From Leptolyngbyaceae cyanobacterium (lineage in GTDB: Bacteria > Cyanobacteriota > Cyanobacteriia > Phormidesmidales > Phormidesmidaceae), in assembly GCA_965263355.1 (NCBI GenBank), contig CBDHHL010000032.1, forward strand, positions 64,001-128,000: a stretch of DNA of 64,000 bases, in the 5' to 3' direction. The notes under the pieces are model-generated. The model made no database searches and was not told the origin of the DNA. It saw nothing but the letters and a program-made list of their open reading frames with translations. The position numbers and the translations under genes were made by a program. Positions within the stretch are counted from its first letter, which is position 1; each line of letters opens with the position of its first letter. Below are positions 50,575 through 61,000 of the stretch, piece by piece.

Positions 50575-51786
50575 CTATACTATTAAAGCGTTAGATTTCG
50601 AACCCAAGATTTTAAGGGCAATAATCCTTAAAATTTCGATAGGCCCCTGAGTTTTATGGAGATCTAGAGAATCTTGAAAGTAAATAGTAGAATATCCTCT
50701 GATTCGATGAGTCAATAAATAAATTAGTAAATTAATTAGTATAGAGATTCTTCTTAAAAGCTTACCTTTTAACGCAGGTAAATGGCAAATAAAGATATCT
50801 CTATTAGACGAATAAATCCCTTTAGATATATCATCTTCTGTAAGTGAAACTAATCTTTTACCGTTATTTGCTAACTCAACAAAAAAGCTTTCATTCTTCT
50901 CAATAAACTCTCGATCAAGTTGATACAAAGAATAGATAGATTTTGGCGATTCTACTCCATCGTAGCCAAAAGTCTCTACTCCAGGTAGGCAAGCATAGGT
51001 AGTCGCTCTGTGAAGATAGCTAGGCAATTCTCTTTTCCACACATATAATCGATCTAAAGCTAAAGGCTTTGCAACTTGAGCTTTCCAATATTCCTTTGGT
51101 GAGCTAACACTATGAGCTGATTTTGAAAAATTTAACATGGTTTCTTCGAAATCTTCTCCTATATGGTCACAAATCTTGCTAAGGATTAACTTCGGTTCCA
51201 AGACTAAATCTTCATAGCGGATAGTTAGGGTCTTTTTATCTTGAGTGCAAAATGCATGACTTGCAGAAAACCATTCATTCCACAGATAGCAATTTGCCAA
51301 AATCGATTGGCTAGCCCATGGCAGCTTTCGCATAGACATTGCTGAATCCCGAGGATCACGAATAATTCGAATAATTGGTGATTCAGGAAAAATGTTACGG
51401 ATTAAGGGTAGATGTAACACATGATTAGGGGTTTTCTCAGCCCAACGGGGCTTATCCATCTTTTGAGCATACTGGATTGTAAGCGATTCGAGTAGAGTTC
51501 GTATGGAGGGAGGCCTATTCATAAGATGACTTGTGATCTTATCAGGAGTTAGTCCAAAAAGCTCATGAACAGACTGACCTGATAACTTGAGAGACGTGAC
51601 TAAATCAGCTGCTTTGTGCGGCCAATTAATGTCTTGAAGAGCATTATTTAGGTCTCTTTTATTTAGCTTATTAAAAAAATGTGATTCAGGCCCACAGGCA
51701 ATTTGACTATGACTTGTCAGAAAAGCTGAGAGCAATGTCGTTCCTGAACGAGGCGCACCAACAATAAAAATTGGAGCATTCTTCAT
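50575..51786 (-). CDS. Sulfotransferase
   Basis: PIFIVGAPRSGTTLL, WAEKTP, IRDPRD..S, IRYEDLV. Confidence 0.92.
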   Translation of the reverse strand: MKNAPIFIVGAPRSGTTLLSAFLTSHSQIACGPESHFFNKLNKRDLNNALQDINWPHKAADLVTSLKLSGQSVHELFGLTPDKITSHLMNRPPSIRTLLESLTIQYAQKMDKPRWAEKTPNHVLHLPLIRNIFPESPIIRIIRDPRDSAMSMRKLPWASQSILANCYLWNEWFSASHAFCTQDKKTLTIRYEDLVLEPKLILSKICDHIGEDFEETMLNFSKSAHSVSSPKEYWKAQVAKPLALDRLYVWKRELPSYLHRATTYACLPGVETFGYDGVESPKSIYSLYQLDREFIEKNESFFVELANNGKRLVSLTEDDISKGIYSSNRDIFICHLPALKGKLLRRISILINLLIYLLTHRIRGYSTIYFQDSLDLHKTQGPIEILRIIALKILGSKSNALIV

Positions 51787-51850
51787 GGTATTTCCTAACA
51801 TGGTGTTACTGTGTACTACAGTCAATGATTAGCAACATTATTGCAAAATT

Positions 51851-52765
51851 TTACTCTCTTCCATTTGTGTCATTTATTGTCGATTCCTTGACCAAAGGCC
51901 AAAGTTTACCTGCACCTACAGCATTCTCTACATATTCTCGATCAGTTGATATGAGACTCTTTTTGCGGAAAATTGTATATAAGAGATGCCCAACTCTTGT
52001 ATTAGAAGCTCTTACAATATACCGTACTAGCCAGAGATGTATCGCTGATAATCGAAAACGGTAGAAAAGAATACCATCTGATAACAACTCAAGTTGATAA
52101 CCATATTTTTCGGCAATAAGTTTCATTGCCTTAGGCGAATAGAAAAAGACATGTCGACCAGTTAATACATTGAGATACTTCCACTCAGGACCTTGCTTAG
52201 TGTAAAGCGACGTGGTTACTAGTAAGACATCTGGCACAGACATAAAAATCTGCTCTATTTCTTCTTGTGGGTTAGTTAGATGTTCAAATACCTCAAAGGA
52301 GGTAACAAAGGAATAATGTTCATCTAAACTTCGCTCAAACCCTGAAGCGTACATATTCAGTGCATATTTATCCCAACAATAAGCGTTTAAGCCGTCGTCT
52401 CGAAGCATCCGAACAAATAAGCCATCTCCTGATCCCCAATCTAGAATTTTTGCGTCAGAGTTAAACTTTAAAATATGGAACAATAAGAATGTAATGCGCC
52501 TTAACTTCTGGATGCGAAGCACTGCACCAACATCTAAAACTCGTCGCTGGTCAGCATAGGCTTCATTTATCCAGTAAGGATTCTCAGTTTGCAAAGAATC
52601 ACAATGGCTACATTCATAGAATGCGGTTTCATACTTTCTCAAAATTTTACGTTGAAATAGAAACTTGGTTTTATGACCGCAAAGACGGCAATGGGTAGAA
52701 TGTGTGTTTGGCTTTACTTCTGAATCATGCAAGCTTAGGTTGTTTCTTTCTTGTTTTTCTATCAT
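51851..52765 (-). CDS. Class I SAM-dependent methyltransferase with N-terminal CxxC...CxxC
   Basis: CRLC...CSHC; ILDWGSGDG; FEVFEHL. Confidence 0.88.
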   Translation of the reverse strand: MIEKQERNNLSLHDSEVKPNTHSTHCRLCGHKTKFLFQRKILRKYETAFYECSHCDSLQTENPYWINEAYADQRRVLDVGAVLRIQKLRRITFLLFHILKFNSDAKILDWGSGDGLFVRMLRDDGLNAYCWDKYALNMYASGFERSLDEHYSFVTSFEVFEHLTNPQEEIEQIFMSVPDVLLVTTSLYTKQGPEWKYLNVLTGRHVFFYSPKAMKLIAEKYGYQLELLSDGILFYRFRLSAIHLWLVRYIVRASNTRVGHLLYTIFRKKSLISTDREYVENAVGAGKLWPLVKESTINDTNGRE

Positions 52766-52982
52766 AATTGCACCTAAAATTCTGAAAGTATTGATTTCAA
52801 ACCGAATATTTTGTATTCCTTCTCAATAATTCTCAGTAAGAGATTTATAGCATTTCTACTTTGCTTAGGAGGCTAAAAAAGAGAGGTCCTTGTACAGAAG
52901 ATGCCTTAGGCTGTAATCGAGAATAAATCTTCTTGAGGAGGTCTAGAGAGTTTTTCGACGTCAACATACTTTATCTTTATTT

Positions 52983-54437
52983 CTATCTTGATATGATCAT
53001 TCCAGGCAGTAAAATCTCCTTCACTTCCATAATGATCTTTGGTGAACTGAGAAATAGAGCGACTATATAAACTACAGCACCTAGAATAATGCTCAAAGAT
53101 AAAAGCAAGAGATCACTGTGAATCCACTCATTCACTAAATTTTGCATTAAGAAAATGGCTGTTGCCATGATTACTGTGGAGAAAATAGCAGGTGTAAACT
53201 GACGCAAATATCTGACTAAATCAATCTTAATCAACTTCTTAGTCAGAATTAGAGGAAATGGAGACAATAGATATCCTCTAATTACAAATCCTATAGCTAC
53301 AGCAACAATTCCCCATCGAACTAAGCCTAAAAATGCAACTACATTACACAAAACATTAAAACATTGAAAGCCCAGCCGCCAAGAAGGTTTACCCATGGAT
53401 ACTAAAATAGTTCCATTAAATTGGTTAATAGATTGAAGCACACCACTGAATGCTAGAATCCTCATCACAGGAACACTGGGTATCCAATCTTCACCAAAAA
53501 GGCTCTGGACTAATTCAGGTGCTAATACTGCCATGCCTATAAAAGCTGGAAATGAGATTAGGCTGGTGTATCGAGTAACCTTATAAAAAGTATCTCGTAG
53601 TCTCTCTAAATCATTTTGCATTCGAGAGAATGTTGGGAGAGCAACTTGATTAGTAACATTAGTTAGGAGCTTAATCATCACCAGCAGTAATCGATAAGCA
53701 ACGCTATAGTAACCCAGTGCGACTGGCCCCAGAAAATAACCGATCAACATGTCGTCTGAACGCCTAACAAAGAAATTTAGAAAGTTAAAACCTACAACGC
53801 TAATACCAAAGGGAAATAGCTCCTTAAAATGGTTAGAAGAAAATTTAAGTCTTGGCCGCCAGTTGCTTGAACTCCATAGCATCAGAGCACTTATGAAACC
53901 AAATACTATCTCCTTAATGACTAAGCTCCAAACGCCTAAACCCATAAGGGCAGCTCCAATTCCGGCTATCCCACAGGCTACTGTTGCAACTAGAGAGCGG
54001 GCTGCAAAAACCTTAAACTGCATATTGCGCTGCAAGATTGCAGTCTGCACACTGCTTAGTCCTAAAAACAGAAAGCTGATGGACATCCATCTGATAATGG
54101 GAGCTAACTCTGGTTCATTGTAGAAATTGGCAACTACCTCAGCTCCAGCTAAAACTACAAGCAAAAATACTCCCCCCATTAGAACACTTGTCCAGAAAGC
54201 TGTATCTAGGTGTTCTGGTTCCAGCTCATCCTTTTGAATAATCGCTTGGGCAAATCCTTGATCTAAAAAGATCTGCATAAAATACATAAAGACATTGGCT
54301 AGGGCCACTAAACCAAATGCTTCAGCGCCCAATAACCGAGCCAACAACAGAAAAATTATAGTTGAGACAAGCTGTGCACCCCATTTTTCTAAAGCAGACC
54401 ACATTGCCCCTCGAACTGCCTTCTGTCGTAAACTCAT
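52983..54437 (-). CDS. wzx: Polysaccharide flippase (Wzx / MOP family)
   Basis: LARLLGAEAFGL, GVWSLV, LGYYSVAY; about 12 TM. Confidence 0.9.
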   Translation of the reverse strand: MSLRQKAVRGAMWSALEKWGAQLVSTIIFLLLARLLGAEAFGLVALANVFMYFMQIFLDQGFAQAIIQKDELEPEHLDTAFWTSVLMGGVFLLVVLAGAEVVANFYNEPELAPIIRWMSISFLFLGLSSVQTAILQRNMQFKVFAARSLVATVACGIAGIGAALMGLGVWSLVIKEIVFGFISALMLWSSSNWRPRLKFSSNHFKELFPFGISVVGFNFLNFFVRRSDDMLIGYFLGPVALGYYSVAYRLLLVMIKLLTNVTNQVALPTFSRMQNDLERLRDTFYKVTRYTSLISFPAFIGMAVLAPELVQSLFGEDWIPSVPVMRILAFSGVLQSINQFNGTILVSMGKPSWRLGFQCFNVLCNVVAFLGLVRWGIVAVAIGFVIRGYLLSPFPLILTKKLIKIDLVRYLRQFTPAIFSTVIMATAIFLMQNLVNEWIHSDLLLLSLSIILGAVVYIVALFLSSPKIIMEVKEILLPGMIISR

Positions 54438-54480
54438 AAAATACTACTCACATTTTAGAGAGAACAAATTTTTGATTTGG

Positions 54481-54504
54481 TAATGGCTGCTGTTGCAGCC
54501 ATTA
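54481..54504. terminator. Stem-loop between the hepC-like gene and wzx
   Basis: taatggctgc-tgtt-gcagccatta, perfect 10-bp stem. Confidence 0.45.
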
Positions 54505-54562
54505 CGCTTTTTAATTAGCTTTTCCACGGCCTATGCATCCTGACTCAAAATCAAGCACTGAC

Positions 54563-55495
54563 CTAGAAAGCTCCAAAACCAGTAACTACCTTGGGCACTG
54601 TCAACAGTAACAACTTTAGATCTTCCAGAAATGTCCACTGGCGTAGATAGTCTAAATCCATCCGGTTAACCGATGTTAGATCACTCACATTGGATCGTGC
54701 GGTGACTTGCCACATCCCTGTCATCCCAGGGAGTGCTCTCAATCGCTTCCGCAACATTGGCTCAATGCGGACTGCATCGTATAGGGCCCAGGGTCTTGGT
54801 CCAACTAAACTCATTTCCCCACGCAATACATTTAACAGTTGTGGAAATTCATCTAAACTAAACTTTCGTAACCAATATCCCGCCTTTGTAACCCGTGGAT
54901 CTCGTTCCAGTTTATGAAGTCCTTTTTGCTGTCCCATTACCTTATGGTGCCGAGCCTCTGCATTAACCTCCATACTACGGAACTTACAAATCTGAAATAG
55001 TCTGCCTTGATAGCCAACTCGCCATTGGCGAAACAAAATGGGGCCAGGGGAATCTAACCATATCCATAGGGCCAATAGCCCCATCAGTGGACTCAACGTC
55101 ACCCCGAGCAAACAGGCGACGAACCAATCTGCTAGACGCTTTACACGCCAGGAAATAGGTTGGCGGGTTTGAGGCAAATCAAACACGTTGGGTACTGTTA
55201 AATAGACCTGTTTCTTTGCCACATGACACAGGTCTGCCCAAGCCTTAAATTTCGATGAGTCCATTTCTGGAGAGAGGTATACTCGTTTAACTGGTGAGCG
55301 CCGTAAGCAATCACGTAACCAAGTTTTATCTCTAAGAGCAGACATTTCAGCCTCTGCCTCAGAATAACGGGGGCGTACAATCAGCGAATCTTGCTCCCAA
55401 GTTAATATGCAGTCCTCAAAAGCAGACGAGGTTCGCTTAGTAGTTGGTACTTCAAAAACGATCGGGGTCTTTAATAAAACAGTGGATGTAGTCAT
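54563..55495 (-). CDS. hepC: HepC-like priming sugar transferase (phosphoglycosyl transferase)
   Basis: KRLAD, DSPGPILFRQWRVG, KFRSM, DPRVT, SLDEFPQLLNVLRGEMSLVGPRP; N-terminal extension (WLRDCLRRSPV...WAD.C) like cyanobacterial HepC. Confidence 0.8.
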   Translation of the reverse strand: MTTSTVLLKTPIVFEVPTTKRTSSAFEDCILTWEQDSLIVRPRYSEAEAEMSALRDKTWLRDCLRRSPVKRVYLSPEMDSSKFKAWADLCHVAKKQVYLTVPNVFDLPQTRQPISWRVKRLADWFVACLLGVTLSPLMGLLALWIWLDSPGPILFRQWRVGYQGRLFQICKFRSMEVNAEARHHKVMGQQKGLHKLERDPRVTKAGYWLRKFSLDEFPQLLNVLRGEMSLVGPRPWALYDAVRIEPMLRKRLRALPGMTGMWQVTARSNVSDLTSVNRMDLDYLRQWTFLEDLKLLLLTVPKVVTGFGAF

Positions 55496-55614
55496 AAATC
55501 TGAAGAATCTCTTGATAGAAAGCCTGGTTCAAGCTAGTCTGTTGCCTTAAAATTACGTTTATTTTGAGTAGATTTATCAGGAATAAATCTACATGTTGTC
55601 CCAGTTGTGCAGTC

Positions 55615-57870
55615 CTAGCTGCGCCAGAGCATTGCGGGTTCTCTAGAGACTTTTGCAGCCCCATTCCGTTCATATAATCTTTCTGGCCGGGTACTCTCTC
55701 GATGCCAATTAGCAACAATGCCGATGGTGTTGACTTGACTGAGCATGGTTATGGCATGGTTCAAGTCAGCTTGAGTAATGCGCTCTAATCGAGTAACCAT
55801 AATCGAAGCACTACACATAGATGCGAGCTGCAAACCATCGGCAAACCCTGAGATAGCAGGAGCATCAACAATTACCAAATCATAGTTTGTCTCAGCTTTT
55901 TCTAACACTTGTTGCATTTGCAAGGAACTGAGCAAACTGATGGGATCCTCTGGTATTGTCTCTGCTAATAATACATCAATATTAGTTTCTGAGTGTGACA
56001 ATGACACAGGTGAAATGGTTGTCTTACGCCAGTAAGTCAAGTTACTGTCTAACTGGGGTAATCGATCTTGCACATCTGACAATTCTAGGTATTGATGTAG
56101 AGATGGATTACGAAAGTTAGCATCTATCAGTAAGACACGTTGATGGGCACGGGCTGCACTCATTGCCAACCCAATGGATAATGTTGTCTTACCTTCCTCA
56201 ACTAAGGCTGATGTGACCAGCAGTGAAGATAATGGTTGACGGTTAGTCAGTTGGATCGTTTTGTAAATCAAATCAACGGCATCTTGAAACGGTTGACTTT
56301 GACTCAAAGCAAATGAATTAGCAGTAACCTGTCCTCCGTCAAACAATGTAAACAGCGGGTCTGTCTTGTTTGCGGATATTTCTGGAATAACGCCCAAAAG
56401 GGGTAAAGTCACCTGTTTTTGTAGTTCATCTGATGTCCGGACGACGGTGTCTATGGCTTCCCTGCCAAAGGCCAGGGCTCCACCTAAAAACAGTCCTGCT
56501 ACAATGCCTAACAGCACATTCTGTTTAGGTTGAGGTGAAATTTTCTCACCTAACTGCGAGGATTCCACAATATTCCAACTAAATCCACCCTGAGCTAGTT
56601 CATTGCTTAATTCCTGACGTAGCTTCAGAAGCTGTTCTAGGGACTGCTGTTGTATCTGAGCTTCAGGTTGAATGCGATCATATTCTGCAATTAAGCTGGG
56701 AAATTGGTCAAATTCAGTTTGCAGTTGTTGTGCAGCTTTCGCCAATCCTTCTCTTCGTGCCTCTAAACTTTGTAAACTAATGTTTGCCGCTACCAGATTA
56801 CTGACTAACTCTAAGTCAATTGCTCCCAATTGTCCCTCTTTGAGCAAAGCAGTTTCATTCAAATCAAACTGTGCTGGAATTTCTCCTAAGGTGCGTTCGA
56901 CTTCTGCCTGCAACAGTGAAATTCGTCCCTGTCTTTGGGCCATCAGATCTTGCACACCTGGATCGGCTGCGGCATAGAGGGATTGTCGTTGCTCCAGTGC
57001 TAGCTCCGTCTCTTGTAACGCAGTGAGAAGCTTCTGGTAACGAGATGATTGGCTCAACCGTGAGGCCATTAAAGCAGATTGAGGATCGGCTTTCAGTTGC
57101 TCTTGCAGGGCATTATATTCAGCTTGAACGTCAAGATATTGCGTTTCAACTTCTAGTTGGGTTTGCTCTATTTGTCTAAGGGATTCAGCCACTGTGAGGG
57201 ATTGCTGTTCTGGATCAATTAGGTTTTCTGTTTCGCGAAACTGCCTCAACGTTTGACGAGAGATAGCAAGGTTTTTTTGAACTTCTTCAATTTGTTGATT
57301 TACTAAAGCTAAACCACGTTTGAGGCGCTGTTTCTGTTGTTGCTGATTATAGTCTAAATAAATATTACCTAAGGTATCTAAAAATGATTGGACCACAGCC
57401 GGATCTTTGGCACGGAATGTCGCTTCAAAAATTCCGGTTTTGGCATCGCCCTCAGAAACCTGTGACAGTGTTAATGCGTTTTGGAACCGTTTAGCACAGT
57501 CTGTTAGTGATTCCTCTTCGTTGCATAAGTCTGGGTAATCAGCACGCAGTTGATCGACTGTTTGTTTAACAAATGATTGACTTCGCATTAAATTTAGTTG
57601 GGTAGCATAATCTGTTTGCGATGAAGAGGAACGCCGTCCCTGTTGCTGACTATTGGTAATATCAACTGTCTGACGATAGTTAGGTTCAACCAATAGCTGC
57701 ATCGAACTTTGATAGATGGGGTCCTCTTTTAGGGTCAATGCGATCGCAATACCAACTGTCCCTACGATAGCTCCCCCAAACCAGACAAACCGCCTCACAA
57801 GTATAGTCAGAAGCTGACCATAGCCAATCTCTGGCTTATCTACAGTGGGAGAGAATTGTGTCGCCTGCAT
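55615..57870 (-). CDS. wzc: Wzc/GumC-family polysaccharide co-polymerase with BY-kinase-like domain
   Basis: Two TMs around a coiled-coil periplasmic region; TSALVEEGKTT, LLIDANFRNP, VIVDAP. Confidence 0.88.
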   Translation of the reverse strand: MQATQFSPTVDKPEIGYGQLLTILVRRFVWFGGAIVGTVGIAIALTLKEDPIYQSSMQLLVEPNYRQTVDITNSQQQGRRSSSSQTDYATQLNLMRSQSFVKQTVDQLRADYPDLCNEEESLTDCAKRFQNALTLSQVSEGDAKTGIFEATFRAKDPAVVQSFLDTLGNIYLDYNQQQQKQRLKRGLALVNQQIEEVQKNLAISRQTLRQFRETENLIDPEQQSLTVAESLRQIEQTQLEVETQYLDVQAEYNALQEQLKADPQSALMASRLSQSSRYQKLLTALQETELALEQRQSLYAAADPGVQDLMAQRQGRISLLQAEVERTLGEIPAQFDLNETALLKEGQLGAIDLELVSNLVAANISLQSLEARREGLAKAAQQLQTEFDQFPSLIAEYDRIQPEAQIQQQSLEQLLKLRQELSNELAQGGFSWNIVESSQLGEKISPQPKQNVLLGIVAGLFLGGALAFGREAIDTVVRTSDELQKQVTLPLLGVIPEISANKTDPLFTLFDGGQVTANSFALSQSQPFQDAVDLIYKTIQLTNRQPLSSLLVTSALVEEGKTTLSIGLAMSAARAHQRVLLIDANFRNPSLHQYLELSDVQDRLPQLDSNLTYWRKTTISPVSLSHSETNIDVLLAETIPEDPISLLSSLQMQQVLEKAETNYDLVIVDAPAISGFADGLQLASMCSASIMVTRLERITQADLNHAITMLSQVNTIGIVANWHRESTRPERLYERNGAAKVSREPAMLWRS

Positions 57871-57935
57871 ATATCTGCGTCCTTTTTATCATCAGCCGTT
57901 CTAGATGCGCTCAGCCCCTATTTTTCATCATCATG

Positions 57936-59045
57936 TCAGTGGCGGGCAATCGTTTCGAGATGACTATCATAAGCATCTCGAATAACAGTCATCACCCTTT
58001 GAAAGAAGACATCTTCTGTAAAGCTCTTGAGAACGTGGTCTCGAATGAGATGGGAATCCCAACGAATACTATTAGCCTTAAGCAGTGCTCGGTGTAGAGC
58101 GTCTGGAGACTGACGATAGAAAAACACACCTGTTTTCTCAGGCACTTGAGTATCTAATACACCACCAGCTCCATAGGCAATCACAGGGGTACCGCTAGCA
58201 TTTGCTTCAATAGGAACTAACCCATAATCCTCTAAGGCAGCCACAATGACAGATTTTGCCCGTGACATTAAACTTTTCCGCTGCTCATCGCTGACATGAC
58301 CCAGAAATGAGATATTTGGTAGAGCTGCTGATTCTAATCTCTCTCTCTCAGGGCCATCCCCGGTAATAATCAGTGGCCATCCTAACCAGTTGAATGCTTC
58401 GACCACAATATCTATTCTTTTATACCCTAACAGACGGGATGAAACCAGATAAAATTTATCTTTTTGCTCAGAAAACTCAAATTGATTTGTATTAATCGGA
58501 TAGTTAACTGTGATAGCTGACTGATTGTAGATCCGCTGAATACGCTCAGCAACAACTGTAGAGTTGGAGATATACAAGTCTGGTTTTTTAGCATGGACTA
58601 AATCAACTTCTCTGAGCTTCTGAAAAATTGGTTGAATAATCGGCAGTAATGATTTGTACTTCTGATATTGTTCAACATAGGTATGGGTGTCCCAAAGAAA
58701 TCTAGTGATGTTGTGACAAAAACAAACATGATATGCATCAGGACGTTTAATCACTGATTTTGCAAAACTTGTGGTGCTACTAATAATCAGATCATAGGCC
58801 TGTAAATCCAATGCTTCAAACGCAGAGAAATAAAATGGTGCAAGCAGTCTAAAATTCTTGCTCGCTCCGGGAATTGCTTGAAGTTTAGTGGTATAAACAG
58901 ATCGCTCACCGACATCAATAGTATCGTTTGGACTATATAGCGAGGTATAAATATCGGCCTCAGGAAATTGTTTGCAAAGCAGCTCAAATACTCGTTCTGC
59001 CCCACCTTTTTGGGTTAGATAGTCATGCACCAAAGCAGTTCTCAT
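57936..59045 (-). CDS. Glycosyltransferase family 4
   Basis: MRTALVHDYLTQKGGAERV; EDYGLVPIEA. Confidence 0.92.
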   Translation of the reverse strand: MRTALVHDYLTQKGGAERVFELLCKQFPEADIYTSLYSPNDTIDVGERSVYTTKLQAIPGASKNFRLLAPFYFSAFEALDLQAYDLIISSTTSFAKSVIKRPDAYHVCFCHNITRFLWDTHTYVEQYQKYKSLLPIIQPIFQKLREVDLVHAKKPDLYISNSTVVAERIQRIYNQSAITVNYPINTNQFEFSEQKDKFYLVSSRLLGYKRIDIVVEAFNWLGWPLIITGDGPERERLESAALPNISFLGHVSDEQRKSLMSRAKSVIVAALEDYGLVPIEANASGTPVIAYGAGGVLDTQVPEKTGVFFYRQSPDALHRALLKANSIRWDSHLIRDHVLKSFTEDVFFQRVMTVIRDAYDSHLETIARH

Positions 59046-59113
59046 ACTCAGACACTCTCTAGAAAGAACAAAAAATCCAATGGATAGCAATCTAGAGGGA
59101 ACAAAAATTCGTA

Positions 59114-60258
59114 TTAAATGCCAAACAGACGAAAAATAAAATTCAATGGCGAAAATACAGCCCCAAACGCATCGGTTGCACGGGTTAAACCTGAGCGCTG
59201 AACAACAACGGTGTCGTTCGGACGTAATGATGGATTACTGTCTTCGTTAATCCCCTGGGAAAAGTCAACCTCAATATCTCTCTGGGATACTGTTCCATTG
59301 AGATTTAATCGCACCAGGCTTACTGTTGTTTTTTTAGCTCGATTGTTAAAGCCCCCAGCGGCTAATATTGCCTGATTAAGGGGGGTATTTGGCGGCACAA
59401 GAATATTTCCAGGAGCCTCCACCTCCCCAACAACATTAACAGAAATCTCATCGGGTGAAAAGCTTGCAGTGGCTAATTCTGCCACTTCATCTGCATTAAG
59501 ACTGGTGGCCGTAGGAATAATAATGCGATCCCCATCTTGCAATTGTAGATCTTTACTCAGATCTCCTGCTTTTAAGAGATCCCAAAGGTTGACTGAAATG
59601 GTATGAGATTTATTTCCCTGTACCTTACTCCCGACCAATGTATTTTGTAGGGTAGTTTGCGATCGCGGCAAATGACGTTGCACTTCAATCTGGCGAATAT
59701 CTGCTAGTTGCGTAATCCCACCAGCCAGATCAATCGCCTGTGTGAGCGTTGGGATATCAGAGACTGAGGCATTTGCAGTCCCCTCAGCTGTAATTTGATA
59801 GGCACCGGGGCGATGGACTTCACCAGCTACTGCAATCTGAATGGGGCGTGCCTCTAATAAACTAAGTGTTACAACCGGACGTTGAACATAGGGTGCAAGA
59901 TGTTGTTCAAGCTGCACAGTTGCCGCTTGTAACGACAATCCTTCAACATTAATAGCACCGACTATCGGAATCGTCAGACCACCGTTAGACAATATCCGAA
60001 ATTCACCACTGTAATCTGGAATATTAAATACATCAACCCGTAAATAATCTCCAACACCAAGGATATAAGTATCTGCAACAACATCAGTCGCTGCAAATTT
60101 GGGCATATTTGATGTTGTTAAGTGGGATAAAGATTCGCCTGAATACCCCATAGCATGGGGGCTTACAGATGCACCCAGCACCCAGCACATCAGAGTCAGT
60201 TTAGTTAAGAATACGCCCTTAGATGTGTCTAAAAAGACAGTTGAAAAATTCTTTTTCA
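59114..60258 (-). CDS. wza: Polysaccharide export protein (Wza-like, SLBB domains)
   Basis: YILGVGDYLRV, GEVHRPG, AGG, LQDGDRI, GEVEAPG, LRPND. The start is uncertain. Confidence 0.88.
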
Positions 60259-60858
60259 TGGCTACTGTCACTAAAACAATAAAATCTCTTAATCGCATAA
60301 GCGATCGCATACTTGTTGGCTGCAGCCACACAACTGCACACAAAATCTTTGCCTAAAGAAGCTAGTCTATTTAGGCATCAGGAATATAGAAACTAAAAAA
60401 CTACTAAGGATCAGTTTCTGAAGAGCACCAGATTGTGCATACCTGCAGATGGTCTATAACAATTCAGCTGGGTACACACAGAGATGAAACGCTAGCCTTT
60501 GTAAGTTTAGATACAGGGTACAAATAGAATTAGATCTTAATAGACTACTAACCTGAAACCATCTATTTAGAATGCTGCGGTCCACTACATATCATTAATA
60601 TAAAACTTCCTCGACTAGAAGAAGTGCGCACAGCGATACCTAAAAATCAGTTGGTTGACAAACTATAGCCTTTAAGAATCTTTAGAACTCAGAACCTACA
60701 AGCATTCTGAAACACTAAGCGTTAAGAATTAAACTGTGTATGTGGGTCTAACATAACTTAAATTTTAAAAATAGACCACACTATCTTTATGTTGTTACTG
60801 CGTAGTTTGTGTAAAGCACCCACAGAACAAAGAGATTCATCCGATATAAGGAGTTTAC

Positions 60859-61000
60859 GGGTACCAACTTAAAGCGCGGGAAGTTTTCCCAAGGATAGAT
60901 GTCAGCAGTCAGGAGCCAGAAGCCATATCCCTTCTCCATTCTGGCTCCTGGATTCTAGATTCCTAGTTAACCAGAATTTCCCGGCTTGAGTGGATACCCA
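60859..61000. mobile_element. Putative MITE; its right ~90 bp is repeated, inverted, at 1325..1416
   Basis: Imperfect terminal inverted ends (gggtaccaacttaaagcgcgggaa versus the reverse complement gggtatccactcaagccgggaaa); internal 12-bp hairpin caggagccagaa...ttctggctcctg. Confidence 0.6.

Noticed and set aside
54563..55495. hepC-like gene as evidence of a heterocyst-forming organism
   Set aside because: HepC-like priming transferases also occur in non-heterocystous cyanobacteria, and no het or nif genes are in the window.
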